Positions 25,700 through 39,024 of a stretch of DNA of 64,000 nucleotides are shown piece by piece. The notes under the pieces are model-generated. The model worked only from the letters and a program-made list of their open reading frames with translations, was not told the origin of the DNA and made no database searches. The DNA lies in assembly GCF_006345805.1 (NCBI RefSeq), contig NC_042999.1, positions 3,782,001-3,846,000 of the forward strand, written 5' to 3'. Each line of letters begins with the position of its first letter. Within the stretch, counting starts at the first letter, position 1. The translations under genes and the position numbers were made by a program. This DNA comes from Octopus sinensis (lineage: Eukaryota).

Positions 25700-27400
25700 T
25701 TTGTGTAGCTTATTTCGTAACCAAAAAACAGGCACAGATTATAAACAATGAAAGTCCGATTTTGATGATTCATTTGACAGAGGTAGTAGAGATCCAATCT
25801 GATGATAAATCTGACCTTGGATCTTGAAAGTTTGCACGAATCCTGGATCAGTTAAATCTCTTGTGGCTCCAAATGATGTCATCTGTAGTGCAGTATTGTA
25901 TTGTCTAATTTTGTTTTGGAAGTGCTTAGAATCTTGGTCAGTTGATGACAACAGTTTCTTCAATGGGGATTGCAGGGAATTTAACCTTACCACTTCTGCA
26001 GCACAGTGCAAGTGTTTCTCCAGGCCACTTCCTTGCTTTACAATGTATGCACTCATTTGTCATTGCACCAATGGAAACTCTAGTGTCATCTGCATAATGA
26101 ACTGCTGGATCATAACTTAAAGCTGCTTCTCTGAGCTGTTGTGACTGCTCTTCATTCTGCAGTGGAGATCCTATTCCTTGTCAGCCATGTATAATGCTGT
26201 TTCTCACTTTGAGATGCTCTGGCTTTTGTAGCACACAGTCTGTTCATTTCTTTGTATGCTTCCCTTTCTTTAGCTGTCTCTCTTTCCCTTGACAGAGACA
26301 TTCTTTTGGTTGACCCTGACATTGCAGACAAATTTGACACTTTCCTGCTAGGCATGGTCATAAACATATACAGAAATACACAGCTGTAGAAGATAGTAAA
26401 TTTGAAAATGAATGGGTAACGAAAATTATATTTCTTAATACAATGGGCAGGAAGTAAATAAGAAATTTTTACAGAAAATAAAGAATTGCATAGGTTGAAG
26501 CAAAATTTGAACCAAAGAGCAAGTATCAAAGGAACCAGAAAAAAGCAATTAACAACAGAAAAACATAAAAAGTGTATAAGAAATTTTTAGGGAAATTAAC
26601 TAATTTTTATGGATTTAAGCAGAATTTTTGAAGTTACATCTGTCAGTAAATTATGAACTTACTTTTAACAGCAATTCTGTCAACAACAACAAAAAAAGCA
26701 CAAACATTGCAAAAGTAAATAAGAAATTTGTAGGCAAATTTAATGAAGTGTACAGATTGAAGTGAAATGTATGAAGTTACTTCTGTCAGTAAATTATGTA
26801 GGAAATTACTTTCATCAGTAATTGTGAACTTCTTTCCAACAGTAATTTGTCATTCTTGTTTGTAAATAGTGATTGAAAACTTACAGTGAAAACAATAGCG
26901 ATTGAACTTAAAGTAAAAACAATAGCATCTGAAAAATTAGTGTGAAAACAATAGAGAGTGAGTGAGATATTGAGAGAGCTAGTTAGACAAATATGATAGA
27001 TAGAGACAGATAGGTAAGATATAGACAGAAAGATACAGAGAGAAAGATTGATATAGAGATAGAGATGGACAGAGAGAGCTAGAGATACATGTGTAAAGTG
27101 AATACACACACATCTCTGTTTGATGTATTGGATGAGATTGTGATAATTATTTTACCAATGGATGTAAGAGAGATAATCAATTTCTGAAAGTTACTTCACA
27201 GAGAGTTACTTCCTTTTTCCACATAATCCAGGAATGGGTATTTTCTACCCCCCAGGGAGCCTGTTACTCATTATGTGAAAACTTTTAAGAGTCTTAAACC
27301 ATCTCTGGAACATAAGTAATGTTCCCAGTTTGGAGAAAATCAGTTAAAAAACATGGTTGTTATAATCTTTTACACACAGAACAGGATTTATATATTATAT
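25700..27400 (-). mobile_element. Decayed Helitron: 5' end and N-terminal part of the Rep/helicase ORF, frameshifted and 3'-truncated
   Basis: The minus strand gives MPSRKVSNLS...RERETAKERE (ATG at 26355), then YDPAVHY...IGAMTNECIHCKARKWPGETLALCCRSGKV (Cys cluster), then after a frameshift SKHFQNKIRQYNTALQMTSFGA...FVQTFKIQGQIYHQIGSLLP. These are characteristic motifs upstream of the Helitron Rep domain. An AT-rich 5'-terminus-like sequence lies near 27400; that boundary is approximate. Confidence 0.85.
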
Positions 27401-27409
27401 TGTATGGCA

Positions 27410-27918
27410 CCTATGGAAAGTGTCTTCTGCTATAACCTGGGGGACAACAAAAACCTTGTGAGTGGGTCTGATAGACAGAAACTGAAAGACGCCATAAATA
27501 TACGTGTGTGTGTTTATGTCTTGTGTTTATCCCCTACCACTGCTTGACAACTGGTGATGGTGAGTTTATGTCCCTGTAACTTAGTGGTTTGGCAAAAGAG
27601 ACCAATAGAATAAGTACCACGCTTTAAAAATAAGTACTAGACTTGATATGTTCAACTAAAATTTTTCAAGGTGGAAGCATGGCCACTGTCTAATGACTGA
27701 AGCAAGTAAAAGATACATACATACATACATACATACATACATACATACATACATACATACATACATACATACATACATACATACATACATACATACATAC
27801 ATACATACATACATACATACATACATACATACATACATACATACATACATACCTACATACATACATACATACATACATACCTACATACATACATACATAC
27901 ATACATACATACATACAT
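27410..27918 (+). mobile_element. 5'-truncated family A SINE ending in a long (TACA)n tract
   Basis: SINE body and tail run to ~27712, followed by about 50 TACA units. Confidence 0.8.
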
Positions 27919-27960
27919 TTGAGATGTTTGCCTTTTCTTAATGTTATTATCCTCTTTAAC

Positions 27961-27994
<34 letters not shown>

Positions 27995-28753
27995 GGGGGC
28001 GGAGAGGGGTAAATAGGGGACAGCTTTTCTTTCAAGCATGTTTTTTATCTTATCCAGTCTTATTTCATGTATAATATTTTTGTGGAGTTGTGATAACACC
28101 CATTTATATCTCCCAGTCAGATGGAAAGGCATTGCTCAGGACCTTTTACAGGGGGTCCAAGATTAGCAGGGATGGAAAGGTATCCTGAAATTGGAAAGCT
28201 GACCCAAACAAGTGCAACAGAGGTGACTTAACTTAAGGTACTCAGAACACCAGGGCATGATGTCAACCCATTAGATTCAGTCTATCAAACAAACGGGCCA
28301 AGATGGGGGTGGGGATGTGAAATCAGAATGCAGAGATGGAACCAATACCACAAGGTATCTGGTCCAATACTGTTACAGTTCCACCGATTTATCATCTTTG
28401 ATTGGTACCTATTTATTGATTGAACGCATTAAAGACAAAATAGTGATCTTGGTAATGTTTGAACTCAGAGTGCAGAGACTTCAAACAAATATTGTGAGGT
28501 ATTCTATTTGATACTTTAACAATTACACCAATTTCCCACCTGTGCAATAGATGGAAAATTAATCAGGCAATGAAAAAGTGTTGGAACAGTGTGTCTGATG
28601 TAACATTTCAAGCCATGAGGTTTACAACTTTCATGCTTACATAGACATTTGCATATTACGTTGGTTGTCTGAACAAAGTTCTGTAGTTTATAGTTTTGTG
28701 TTTTCATCTTAGTAAGAAGGTTTTTCATTCTAATGTTATCATCATCAGCAGCA

Positions 28754-28943
28754 GTGAAGGTGCAATGGCCCAGTGGTTAGGGCAGCAAACTTGCAGTCGG
28801 AAGATCGCAGTTTCGATTCCCAGACCAGGCGTTGTGTGTGCTTATTGAGTGAAAACACTTAAAGCTTCAAGAGGCTCCGGCAGGGGGTGGTGGCGACCCC
28901 TGTTGGTAATCAAGCTACTTACCACACAGCCACTCCTATGCCT
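28754..28943 (+). mobile_element. Family C SINE head joined to an inverted family A head fragment
   Basis: GGTGCAATGGCCCAGTGGTTAGGGCAGC...GTTTCGATTCCCAGACC matches the head of the copy at 59660-60046. The sequence then switches to the reverse complement of the family A head (~28903-28943). Confidence 0.8.
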
Positions 28944-29017
28944 ATTGTGTTTATTATTATTAGAAATGGTCATCCCTGTTATGGCCATCCCTGTATATGC
29001 ACACACACACACACACA

Positions 29018-29425
29018 TTTTACTCTTTACTCTTTTACTTGTTTCAGTCATTTGACTGCGGCCATGCTGGAGCACTGCCTTTAATCGAGCAAATCGACCC
29101 CGGGACTTATTCTTTGTAAGCCCAGTACTTATTCTATCAGTCTCTTTTGCCAAACCACTAAGTGACGGGGACGTAAACACACCAGCATCGGTTGTCAAGC
29201 AATGCTAGGGGGACAAACACAGACACACAAACACACACACATACATATATATATATATACATATATACGACAGGCTTCTTTCAGTTTCCGTCTACCAAAT
29301 CCACTCACAAGGCATTGGTCGGCCCGGGGCTATAGCAGAAGACACTTGCCCAAGATGCCACGCAGTGGGACTGAACCCGGAACCATGTGGTTGGTTAGCA
29401 AGCTACTTACCACACAGCCACTCCT
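29018..29425 (-). mobile_element. Family A SINE, young
   Basis: Near-consensus reverse copy. Confidence 0.92.
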
Positions 29426-30379
29426 GAACATTCACACAGTTTCTGTTGTTCAGATTCTATCTACAAAATCCTTTCACAAAACTTTTGTCAGCCCAGGGCT
29501 ATAACATAACAATATTGTGCAATGACACTGAACTCAAAACCCCATAGTTGATAAGCAAAATTTTTAACCACACAGCCACGCCTGCACATGTTAACCATCA
29601 TCGAACAGAGAAATTCTGAACATGTATGAGACAGAAAATGAAAAAAAAAGATGTACAAAATATCAGGCTGTTAATTGAAATTCCAAACACTTGTCTTTCT
29701 TCAGATTGGGAATACAACACTAAACTTAGGGAGCTTTTAATGACAGCTTTTCTAACCAACAGTTGCCATGAGTAACAAGCACATATACTTCAATGTGAAT
29801 GATTGATAACGATTAAGAGACCCAATAGAAATGTTAGGAATGAAAAACTATACACCAATGCATCTATGTAAGAGAATGGGTTATATCATTTGGAATTTAA
29901 AATCTTAGTAGAATCATAATAAAAAAAGAACTGGAGCTGGCATCTACATCCATCATCATTTTCATAATTTTATATTTGCTTTCTATGTTGGCATGTGATG
30001 ATACCTACATATATTCATACACACACACACATACACATGTGTACATTTATATATTCACATATATACATACATTTGTACAAACTAATATACACATATATTT
30101 CACAAATATAGATACATACATGATTGCACATATACATACATACACACATACGCGCATACATACATACATACATACATACATACATACATCCATACATACA
30201 GACATACATACGTACATACATACATACATACAGACAGACAGACAGATATACATACATACATACATACATGCAAAAATACCCTGTTGTTGATGTTGAAATT
30301 CCAATGAAGGACCTTGGATCTAGGTCAGAAACCGGTTCTTTCTCTATTGCCAAAAAATCTTGAAATAAACTGAATAATG

Positions 30380-30419
<40 letters not shown>

Positions 30420-30515
30420 TAGAACAAGTAGAAAGATATAAAAATCTTTCTACTTGTTTATACAATACATTTCAACACTTCAAAAACAAACTTACGTTTG
30501 TTTACATATGACATA

Positions 30516-30565
<50 letters not shown>

Positions 30566-31007
30566 ATTTGCATATACAGATTAGCCAGGTACACACAAAC
30601 TTAACAATGCAAGTCTTTATTCTTCTTATTGAGGCATTTATTCAGTGACAGTGCTCTGCATCTAATTATAAATTACAGATATTAACATACAGCAATACAT
30701 CATAATTAGAAATTAATTGGGGCATCTGCATTTATGCATGTACATATACACAAATCACATGCATATATCTCTACAGTTGTGTATGTGTGTTTACACACAC
30801 ACACACACACACACACATACACATAAACACAAGCACACATATTCACATGTGCACACCTGCACTTCTATATAGGGATTATATAGGGATACATACATTCATA
30901 TAGGAGTGTAAAATCTTGAAATATATTAAGTCCCTTAAGGATTACAAAACATCACGCATGTCATATACACATGTATGCATATACATCCAAATACACACGA
31001 ATAGGTG

Positions 31008-31038
<31 letters not shown>

Positions 31039-31079
31039 CACAATATAGATATACACACACAATATATATATATACATAC

Positions 31080-31112
<33 letters not shown>

Positions 31113-31359
31113 TACACACACACAATATATATATACACACACATATATATATATAGGTATATATATATATATATATATATTCAAGGAAAATTTACACAAT
31201 ACACTAACACACACTAACAGGCATACAGGTATGAATGTATGTATGTATGTATCTATCTATCTATCTATATATATATATACATAAATGTATGTGTGTGTGT
31301 GTGTGTATATGCATGTGTACATATAGAGTATGTTTGTGTATATATTACTTGTGTGTGTT

Positions 31360-31410
<51 letters not shown>

Positions 31411-31453
31411 TTTGTATGAGTTATGTATATATATATATATATTTGTATGAGTG

Positions 31454-31485
<32 letters not shown>

Positions 31486-32114
31486 GTGTATGTTTGTGTG
31501 GTGTATAGACACACACACACAATATCTCCTTTCCTTCCACTTACTCTTAAATTCCACCTTATTACTTTGCCATACTGTTTGCAGCGCTACAACACAAAAA
31601 GACAAAAAGTTGAAACAATAAAATAAAAAAAAAGTCATGCATAAAAAATAAAACTGATCACCTATTGCTGCATATATGTCTCCGAGGCCACTTTTCTTGT
31701 AATATATTGATCTCTCACATCCTGATCAACCTCACTCCCACTCACTTCTAATACTTCCCTTCCTTGCACGCTTTACCTCAACCTTGAGCAATTCTTTTTA
31801 CTCTCTTTTTCAATGCATCAGCTCCTCAGACTATTTACAAATGTATCTATTCTATGTATCTAACTATATAATTAGCTATGCACATACCTAATTAATTAAC
31901 TCTCTCTGTATATCTACGTAATATTATTTCTAAGCAACAAATTCTGTGTGTGTGTGGTGTGTGTGTGTGTGTATGTGTGTGTGTTTAATTTATCAAACTA
32001 ATTGTATAATGCAATGAGAATGAACTGAAATTTAGTAAAGATCTAAGTAAATCAAAATAAAAAATATATATAGTTTTGTTACTTTAAACATAATTATGCT
32101 TCTATGAGATAATA

Positions 32115-32168
<54 letters not shown>

Positions 32169-32849
32169 CCTTTCTACAATAAGCACAAAGCCTGAAATTG
32201 TCAGGGAGGGAATAAGTTGATTACATCGACCCTAGTGTTCAACTGGTACTTATTTCATTGACCCCGAAAGGGTGAAAAGCAAAGTCGACCTCGGTGGAAT
32301 TTGAACTCAGAACACAGCAACAGGCGAATACCAGTAGAGTCTGCTGAAGTAGAGACAACATGTTCTTTGTCTATCTCCTTAACTTCTGGGAGACTTTAGG
32401 TATAATTATACTAATGTGTCCATCTGTTCTAATTTAATTAAATTCAATGTCTTTGTACAGCTGAAGATTGCTCTGCATTTTAAGTTCATGTAATGATTGT
32501 ATTGCTCAATTAAATGGAGTTGCATGAAACGATCATACTGCTTCTTTCAGTTTCTGTCTACCAAATCCACTTAAAAGCCTTGGTCAACACAAAGCTATAG
32601 TAGAAGACCCTTGCCTAAGGTGCCACATGGTAGGACTGAACCTGGAACCATGTGGTTGGAAGTAAACTTCTTACCACACAGCCAACATTCCAAACTTTAA
32701 AAAAACATCAAAACTCAAATTTACATTTTATCAAATAAGTTTTTTTAAGTGAAATACATTTTTTTTTAATTCTAAATTTTTGGATCTTTGCTGCTTTCAA
32801 TGCAAAATAATACTATTTTGAATCACCTATTTATCTATCAGAACTGCAG

Positions 32850-33400
32850 GTGTGCTTCCCAACCATGTTTCCTGGTTCAGTTCCACTGTGTGGCACCTTG
32901 AGAAAATGTCTCCTACTCTAGCCTCAGGCCACCCAAAAGCCTTATGAGTGGATTTTGATTGATGGAAACTGAAAAAAAACAAGGCGGCAAACTTGCAGAA
33001 ACGTTAGCACACCGGGCGAAATGCTTAGTGGTATTCCATCTGCTGTTACGTTCTGAGTTCAAATTCTGCTGAGGTCGACTTTGCCTTTCATCCTTTCGGG
33101 GTCAATAAATTAAGTACCAGTTATGCACTGGGGTTGATATAATCGACTTAATCCGTTTGTCTGTCCTTGTTTGTCCCCTCTGTGTTTAGCCCCTTGTGAG
33201 CAATAAAAAAATAGGAAACTGAAAGAAACCTGTTATGTATGTATGTGTGTGAGCGTGTGTGAGCATGTGTGAGTGTGTGTGTGTGTGTGTGCTTGTCCCC
33301 CACCACCACTTGACAACTAGTGTTGGTGTGTTTATATTCCCATAACTTAGCAGTTCAGCATAAGAGGCTGATAGAATAAGTACCAAGCTTTAAAGATAAA
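32850..33400 (+). mobile_element. Old family A SINE with a nested family B SINE (~32983-33210)
   Basis: The A head stops at GGAAACTGAAA, a B copy follows, and A resumes at GGAAACTGAAAGAAACC. The junction motif is duplicated. Confidence 0.8.
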
Positions 33401-33513
33401 AAAAAAGATAGATATCCAACCAACTATATATCTCTGTTTTACCTTACTAACTCCCTATGCATGTATGATATATATACATATACATATACATACATACATA
33501 TATAATATATATA

Positions 33514-33555
<42 letters not shown>

Positions 33556-34127
33556 CATATATTTATCATATATACATCAAACATTCTATTTAGCTGCTTA
33601 GCTCTCTAGCTATCAAATGAACTAATTAACTCTATCAACCTAGTTGTCTATCACAGCCTCTTTTTCTCACCCTTCCTTCTCTTAAGGCTGACACTTCTGT
33701 ACTTTACATATTTCCACATCGCTAGATGTAGCCACTGACACCAACGATCATAGCTTAACATTCTTAAGCAAGGTTATTGCCAGTAGCTATAGTAAATGAT
33801 TCACTGACAGAAAGGAAAGCAGGAGATAACAATAATTGCCCTACCACCACCACCACCACTGCAATTACTGCCCTCCCCACTGCCACAAGCAGAAAAAAAA
33901 CCCCACCACCAAACAGCTGAGATCAAATTATTAACCAGCTGTTTGCATGGTAACTCTGAATTTGGGAAGCTGGATCACAGATTAAAATATCATTGCCTTT
34001 ATATCAAGAAAGAAAAGATACATGTGTTTTCAGTGCTTGCCTTTATAATAGTATGTCACTTTGTATGTATATGTGGGTGCATGTGTGTGTATCTGAGTTG
34101 ATCTGCATGAATGTAAGTGTGTGTGTA

Positions 34128-34540
34128 GGTGCAGGAGTGGCTGTGTGGTAAGTAGCTTGCTAAACAACCACATGGTTCCGGGTTCAGTCCCACTGCGTGG
34201 CATCTTGGGCAAGTGTCTTCTGCTATAGCCCCGGGCCGACCAATGCCTTGTGAGTGGATTTGGTAGACGGAAACTGAAAGAAGCCCGTCGTATATATGTA
34301 TATATATATGTGCGTGTGTGTGTTTGTGTGTCTGTGTTTGTTCCCCCAGCATTGCTTGACAACTGATGCTGGTGTGTTTATGTCCCTGTTACTTAGCGGT
34401 TCGGCAAAAGAGATCGATAGAATAAATACTGGGCTTACAAAAGAATAAGTCCCGGGGTCGAGTTGCTCGATTAAAGGCAGTGCTCCAGCATGGCCACAGT
34501 CAAATGACTGAAACAAGTAAAAGAGTAAAGAGTAAAAGAG
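34128..34540 (+). mobile_element. Family A SINE flanked by a ~60-bp direct repeat
   Basis: GTATATGTG...ATCTGAGTTGATCTGCATGAATGTAAGTGTGTGT at ~34067-34127 and ~34540-34600. Confidence 0.9.
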
Positions 34541-34596
34541 TATATGTGAATGCATGTGTGTATATCTGAGTTGATCTGCATGAATGTAAGTGTGTG

Positions 34597-34657
<61 letters not shown>

Positions 34658-35429
34658 TAGTATTGTCACTTGTGCACACTCCATGTTCAATAGAAAAGCA
34701 GATGCACTTGCTGCAAATGAAAGTGTATAAGTGGATCTAATTGTGTCTACGAGTGCTTATGACTAAGTAAGTGTGTGTATGTGATGTGGTTATGTCTGTG
34801 TGTTGCGGGGCGGGGGGGGGGGAGAGAATCTTATTTCAAGGTTTTTGTGGAAATGGATATGTTTCAAGAGAAAGTAGAAACGAGTAAGTGCATGCGTATA
34901 TATGAGTGCGTTTGTGTATGCATCCATGTATAATTATGTATCTGTATGTTTGAATACGTTTATGAACTTGTTCCCATTCTGAGCCTTGTGTTACAGTATC
35001 GTGAATGTGTATGCATATATGTGTGCTTGCATATAAATCAATATACATGCATATGTGTATGAAAGTACGTGTATGCCTAAAATGCATGAAATATTTTATT
35101 CTCCATGTGATCTTATGTATTGCAAATATTTGTACACAGGCATGTGTGTTTAGATGTAACCATGCATATATTGAGTGTGTGTGTGTATAGATATATATGT
35201 GCGTAGATGCATTTATATCTATCTATATAATATGTATCCACATATATACACACATCTATACACATACACACACATTTAAAGAAAGATATTCATAAAAGTT
35301 TGCTCGAATAAAGGCGGTGTTCCAGCATGGCCACAGTCAAAATGACTGAAACAAATAAAAGAATAGAATAAAAGAACAATTTAATTTTGAAAAACAGAAT
35401 AACACGAAGTTTTTGCAAAGAAATTTTCA

Positions 35430-35930
35430 TATTGTATGTAAGCATTTTCAGTGTTCAACTTTTCAAACATGTGTTATGGGCTATACACACACACACCTCC
35501 CCTCATCTCCTTCCCCTCTCCTCCCTCCTCCCCCTCATCTCCTCTCTCTACACTACACCACATGACATTACACATCACATCATACATACATACACACGTC
35601 CAGACCTTTCATACGCACTACATACTCTCTCATACACACACGCACCTTATGTTGGGGCGAGGTCATTTGACCCTGTTAGCTCCCCTACTATCCCTCTTGC
35701 GTCTAACGTCTGATCTCTGACTTCTGGCCGGAATCAGATCGCTAGCTTCTGCACGCATTTTTTTCTCTCCGTGTTTCTTTTCTGTGTATCTTTCTGTTGA
35801 AGAGCGTAGGCTCGAAACGTAAAAGACTTGTTTTATTTCTATTCCTGAGCGCCATACTAATACAATTGTTTGTTTGTATTCCACCTGCCTTCGTCTTTTG
35901 TTTATTTTCATAAAGCTTCCCGTTACATAT
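35430..35930 (+). mobile_element. Penelope-like retroelement terminal-repeat remnant
   Basis: CpG-retaining segment containing a hammerhead-like motif of the kind typical of Penelope-like elements. Boundaries are approximate. Confidence 0.5.
35789..35826 (+). ncRNA. Minimal type I hammerhead ribozyme-like motif (A6 to U substitution)
   Basis: TCTTT-CTGTTGA-A-GAGC(GTAG)GCTC-GAAA-CG-TA-AAAGA: 5-bp stem I, 4-bp stem II, palindromic ACGT stem III and a GUA triplet. Confidence 0.65.
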
Positions 35931-36261
35931 ATATACATTAAACGAACAGTATATGGTACTGTAGGACTTTATGTATATTATGCAGTGCATGTCTATAAAT
36001 GTGTTTGTGTGTGTATTGGAATGTTTGTATGTAAAATTATGTCTTATATGTTTTAGTCCAATTAAGAATAGTTTTGAGGTGGTAGGTCATATAATGAAAG
36101 AATTCGTGAAATTTAGGTGATGTTGATGAATTGGCAATGTAGAACATATGATCCAAGAATCATTTACGATTGAAAGACTGACCAGTTTCTCTCCTCTTCC
36201 TTCCTTTCATTCCCTTTTCCATTTGACACTCTTTCAGATACACAGATACCCACACACACGT

Positions 36262-36295
<34 letters not shown>

Positions 36296-36966
36296 TCACA
36301 AGACAATGATAAAAAGAAATCCAGACAATTTTTTGAAAAGTGACATTTTGCCCTCCTTGGAGTGACTAGCTGGGTTTGCCATTTCTAAAAGCCAAGAATA
36401 ACTTACTATTGAAAGACTGACCAACTGCAAAGATATCAACAAATTTTTTCTTCTTTCTCTCCTTCTTCTTCCTTTCCTTCTCTTTTTCTTTAACACTTCT
36501 TTCAGATACAAACACACACACACACACACACACATACACACACATGCTCTCTCTCTCTCTCACTTTCTCCCCATTCCTCACCCTCTTGTACTATCTTATA
36601 TCTCTCCCCACCCCTACACAATCAATAACACTATAAAAAGAGACAAAATTCTTGCAAAAGTTCAATTTGACAATTCCACTAGAGTGGACGAAAGCGCTAA
36701 TATATGATATATGATTTATATAAACATGTAACATACTAATAAATATCTATAAACATAAAACCATCCAGATTTCTGAGTACCTCATTTCTTCTAATATATA
36801 ATACCTGTATGTCATCTCCGAACCTTCTAATATATATATATATTTAAAATAATAAGGGCGAAAAATTGAATATTAATCTGATTAATATCAATTTAAAACC
36901 AGTGGTCTAGCTTATATAGAAAAATCTGAAGATTCAGAAAAATTATATTACATACATATACGATTT

Positions 36967-37375
36967 GGAGTGGCTGTGTGGTAAGTAGCTTGCTAACCAA
37001 CCACATGGTTCTGGGTTCAGTCCCACTGCATGGCATCTTGGGCAAGTGTCTTCTGCTATAGCCCCGGGCCGACCAATGCCTTGTGAGTGGATTTGGTAGA
37101 TGGAAACTGAAAGAAGCCTGTCGTATATATGTATATATATATAAGTGTGTGTGTATATGTTTGTTTGTCTGTGTTTGTCCCCTAGCATTGCTTGACAACC
37201 GATGCTGGTGTGTTTACGTCCCCGTTACTTAGCGGTTCGGCAAAAGAGACCGATAGAATAAGTACTGGGCTTACAAAGAATAAGTCCTGGGGTCAATTTG
37301 CTCGACTAAAGGCGGTGCTCCAGCATGGCCGCAGTCAAATGACTGAAACAAGTAAAAGAGTAAAAGAGTAAAGAG
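36967..37375 (+). mobile_element. Family A SINE, young
   Basis: Near-consensus copy. Confidence 0.92.
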
Positions 37376-37499
37376 AGATAACTGTGATGCCTTTTTTTAG
37401 TGCCATTTAGGTATCCAAGAAAAGGCATTTACCAAATATATCACACAAACACACAAATGCATCTATCCTCATTATCATCATTTAATGTCCATTTAAAGG

Positions 37500-37740
37500 A
37501 GAGTTAAGAACACATTCCAACCATATCAACTATTGTTGCTCAGTGAGGAGCAGGCCTTGATGTCCACTAATGCCATGCCGAAACAGTAGGCCATACTCGA
37601 AATTATATTTTGGAGATTCTGCATCCAAACAGAGGACAAAGACCATTCAACTACATTGGTGTTATTGGCAGAGACACACAACTTGAAACTGAGGACTTAT
37701 CAAAGATAAAGAAGTGGGGGAAAGCAGAGATTTCTGGCAC
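37500..37740 (+). pseudogene. Possible RTE LINE C-terminal remnant
   Basis: EIIFW / PNRGQRPFNYIGVIGRDTQLETEDL resembles the RTE motif GRPxxTYIDxLxRDT. Confidence 0.4.
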
Positions 37741-37829
37741 CACTTTGGTTACGTTTGGATTGTGGTCACTTAAAGAAATCGATATATGCATGTGCGCGCA
37801 CACACATTTATAGAGAGGGAATGTGTCTG

Positions 37830-37911
<82 letters not shown>

Positions 37912-39024
37912 GTAAATGTAATATGTGACAATTACTTGGTAGCCATGATAAAGCTCCGAGTTTCTGATGTCAAGGTGGAAATCCATGCCACTATCTCTTC
38001 AGTTAACCAGCCATCGGAAAAATGCTATGAAAAATGACCGTTATATAAAGGGAAATTACGGTGTGATTGACCGTTATCAAGACAAAAGAGCTATTCAAAT
38101 GACCTCTAAGTAAGGGGGTAAAAAGTTCATAGTATTTGCGTAAGCACGCCTGTTCATACCTACACATGTGCACCTGCACACCCATGTGCCTGCGCCTAAA
38201 GCTATACATTCATCCATCCTCACTTGAAAACGTGTGCATGTATGTATATATAGGAGAGGGAGGTTATATACAAGAAAAAAATAACAGGTGCATATACAAA
38301 AAAATTGCATGTAGATAACGTTTGTTTATCGACCATCATTTTCATGTGGTGCACCATGTAGCACTCCTACGGGTGCTACTAATATAACAAAATTATAGCT
38401 TTTTAAAAAAACTTGAAAATTACAAAGTCAGAAAGTAAGTCTTGTCAATTATGCTTCAGTTATTGAATATTAACTTAAGTAATTAATAAATTTTCTGCAC
38501 TTTAAATTATTTATATTGGTAAATTAAATTGTATGGCTGTTTGGGGTTTTTTTTTCGTTTTTAATTCATTTTGTGAGTTAACACAGAGTATGCCAAAATA
38601 TATTTCATTATGTTAAAGTGCACACCAAGAGTGTAAAAAGGTTTGCGAACCACTTGTCTATATTAATAGAATTAAGTAAGTGGAGATATTCGTAGATGAA
38701 AAAAAAGATAACTACACATATACAACTAGATATGATAGACAAAAATATGACAGATCAAAAATATAGATAGCAGAAAATGTATTGGGGAAAAAAAATAGAA
38801 AGACAGACAGACAGACAGATAGATAAAGAACACTAGAGACAGAAACAGAGATAGGTAGATAGACAGATAGATAAATAGGTGGATGGATGGATACATACAC
38901 ACATGAATACAGAAAAATGTGTGTTTACATGTTTATGTAGATGCGTTAATATACATATATGTATGTGAGAATATGTATGTGTATATTTTTACGTATGGGC
39001 AAATAGGATTAGAGATGCATATAT

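Noticed and set aside
29202-29504. Recurrent ORFs such as RQASFSFRLPNPLTRHWSARGYSRRHLPK and MTTDAGVF...
   Set aside because: These are translations of family A SINE copies, not a gene family.
29762-29776. RFX X-box-like GTTGCCATGAGTAAC
   Set aside because: About one match to this degenerate motif is expected by chance in 64 kb, and it is far from the candidate start site.
38320-38660. hAT-like end (AAAAAGGTTTGCGAACCACT)
   Set aside because: I found no matching opposite TIR or TSD.
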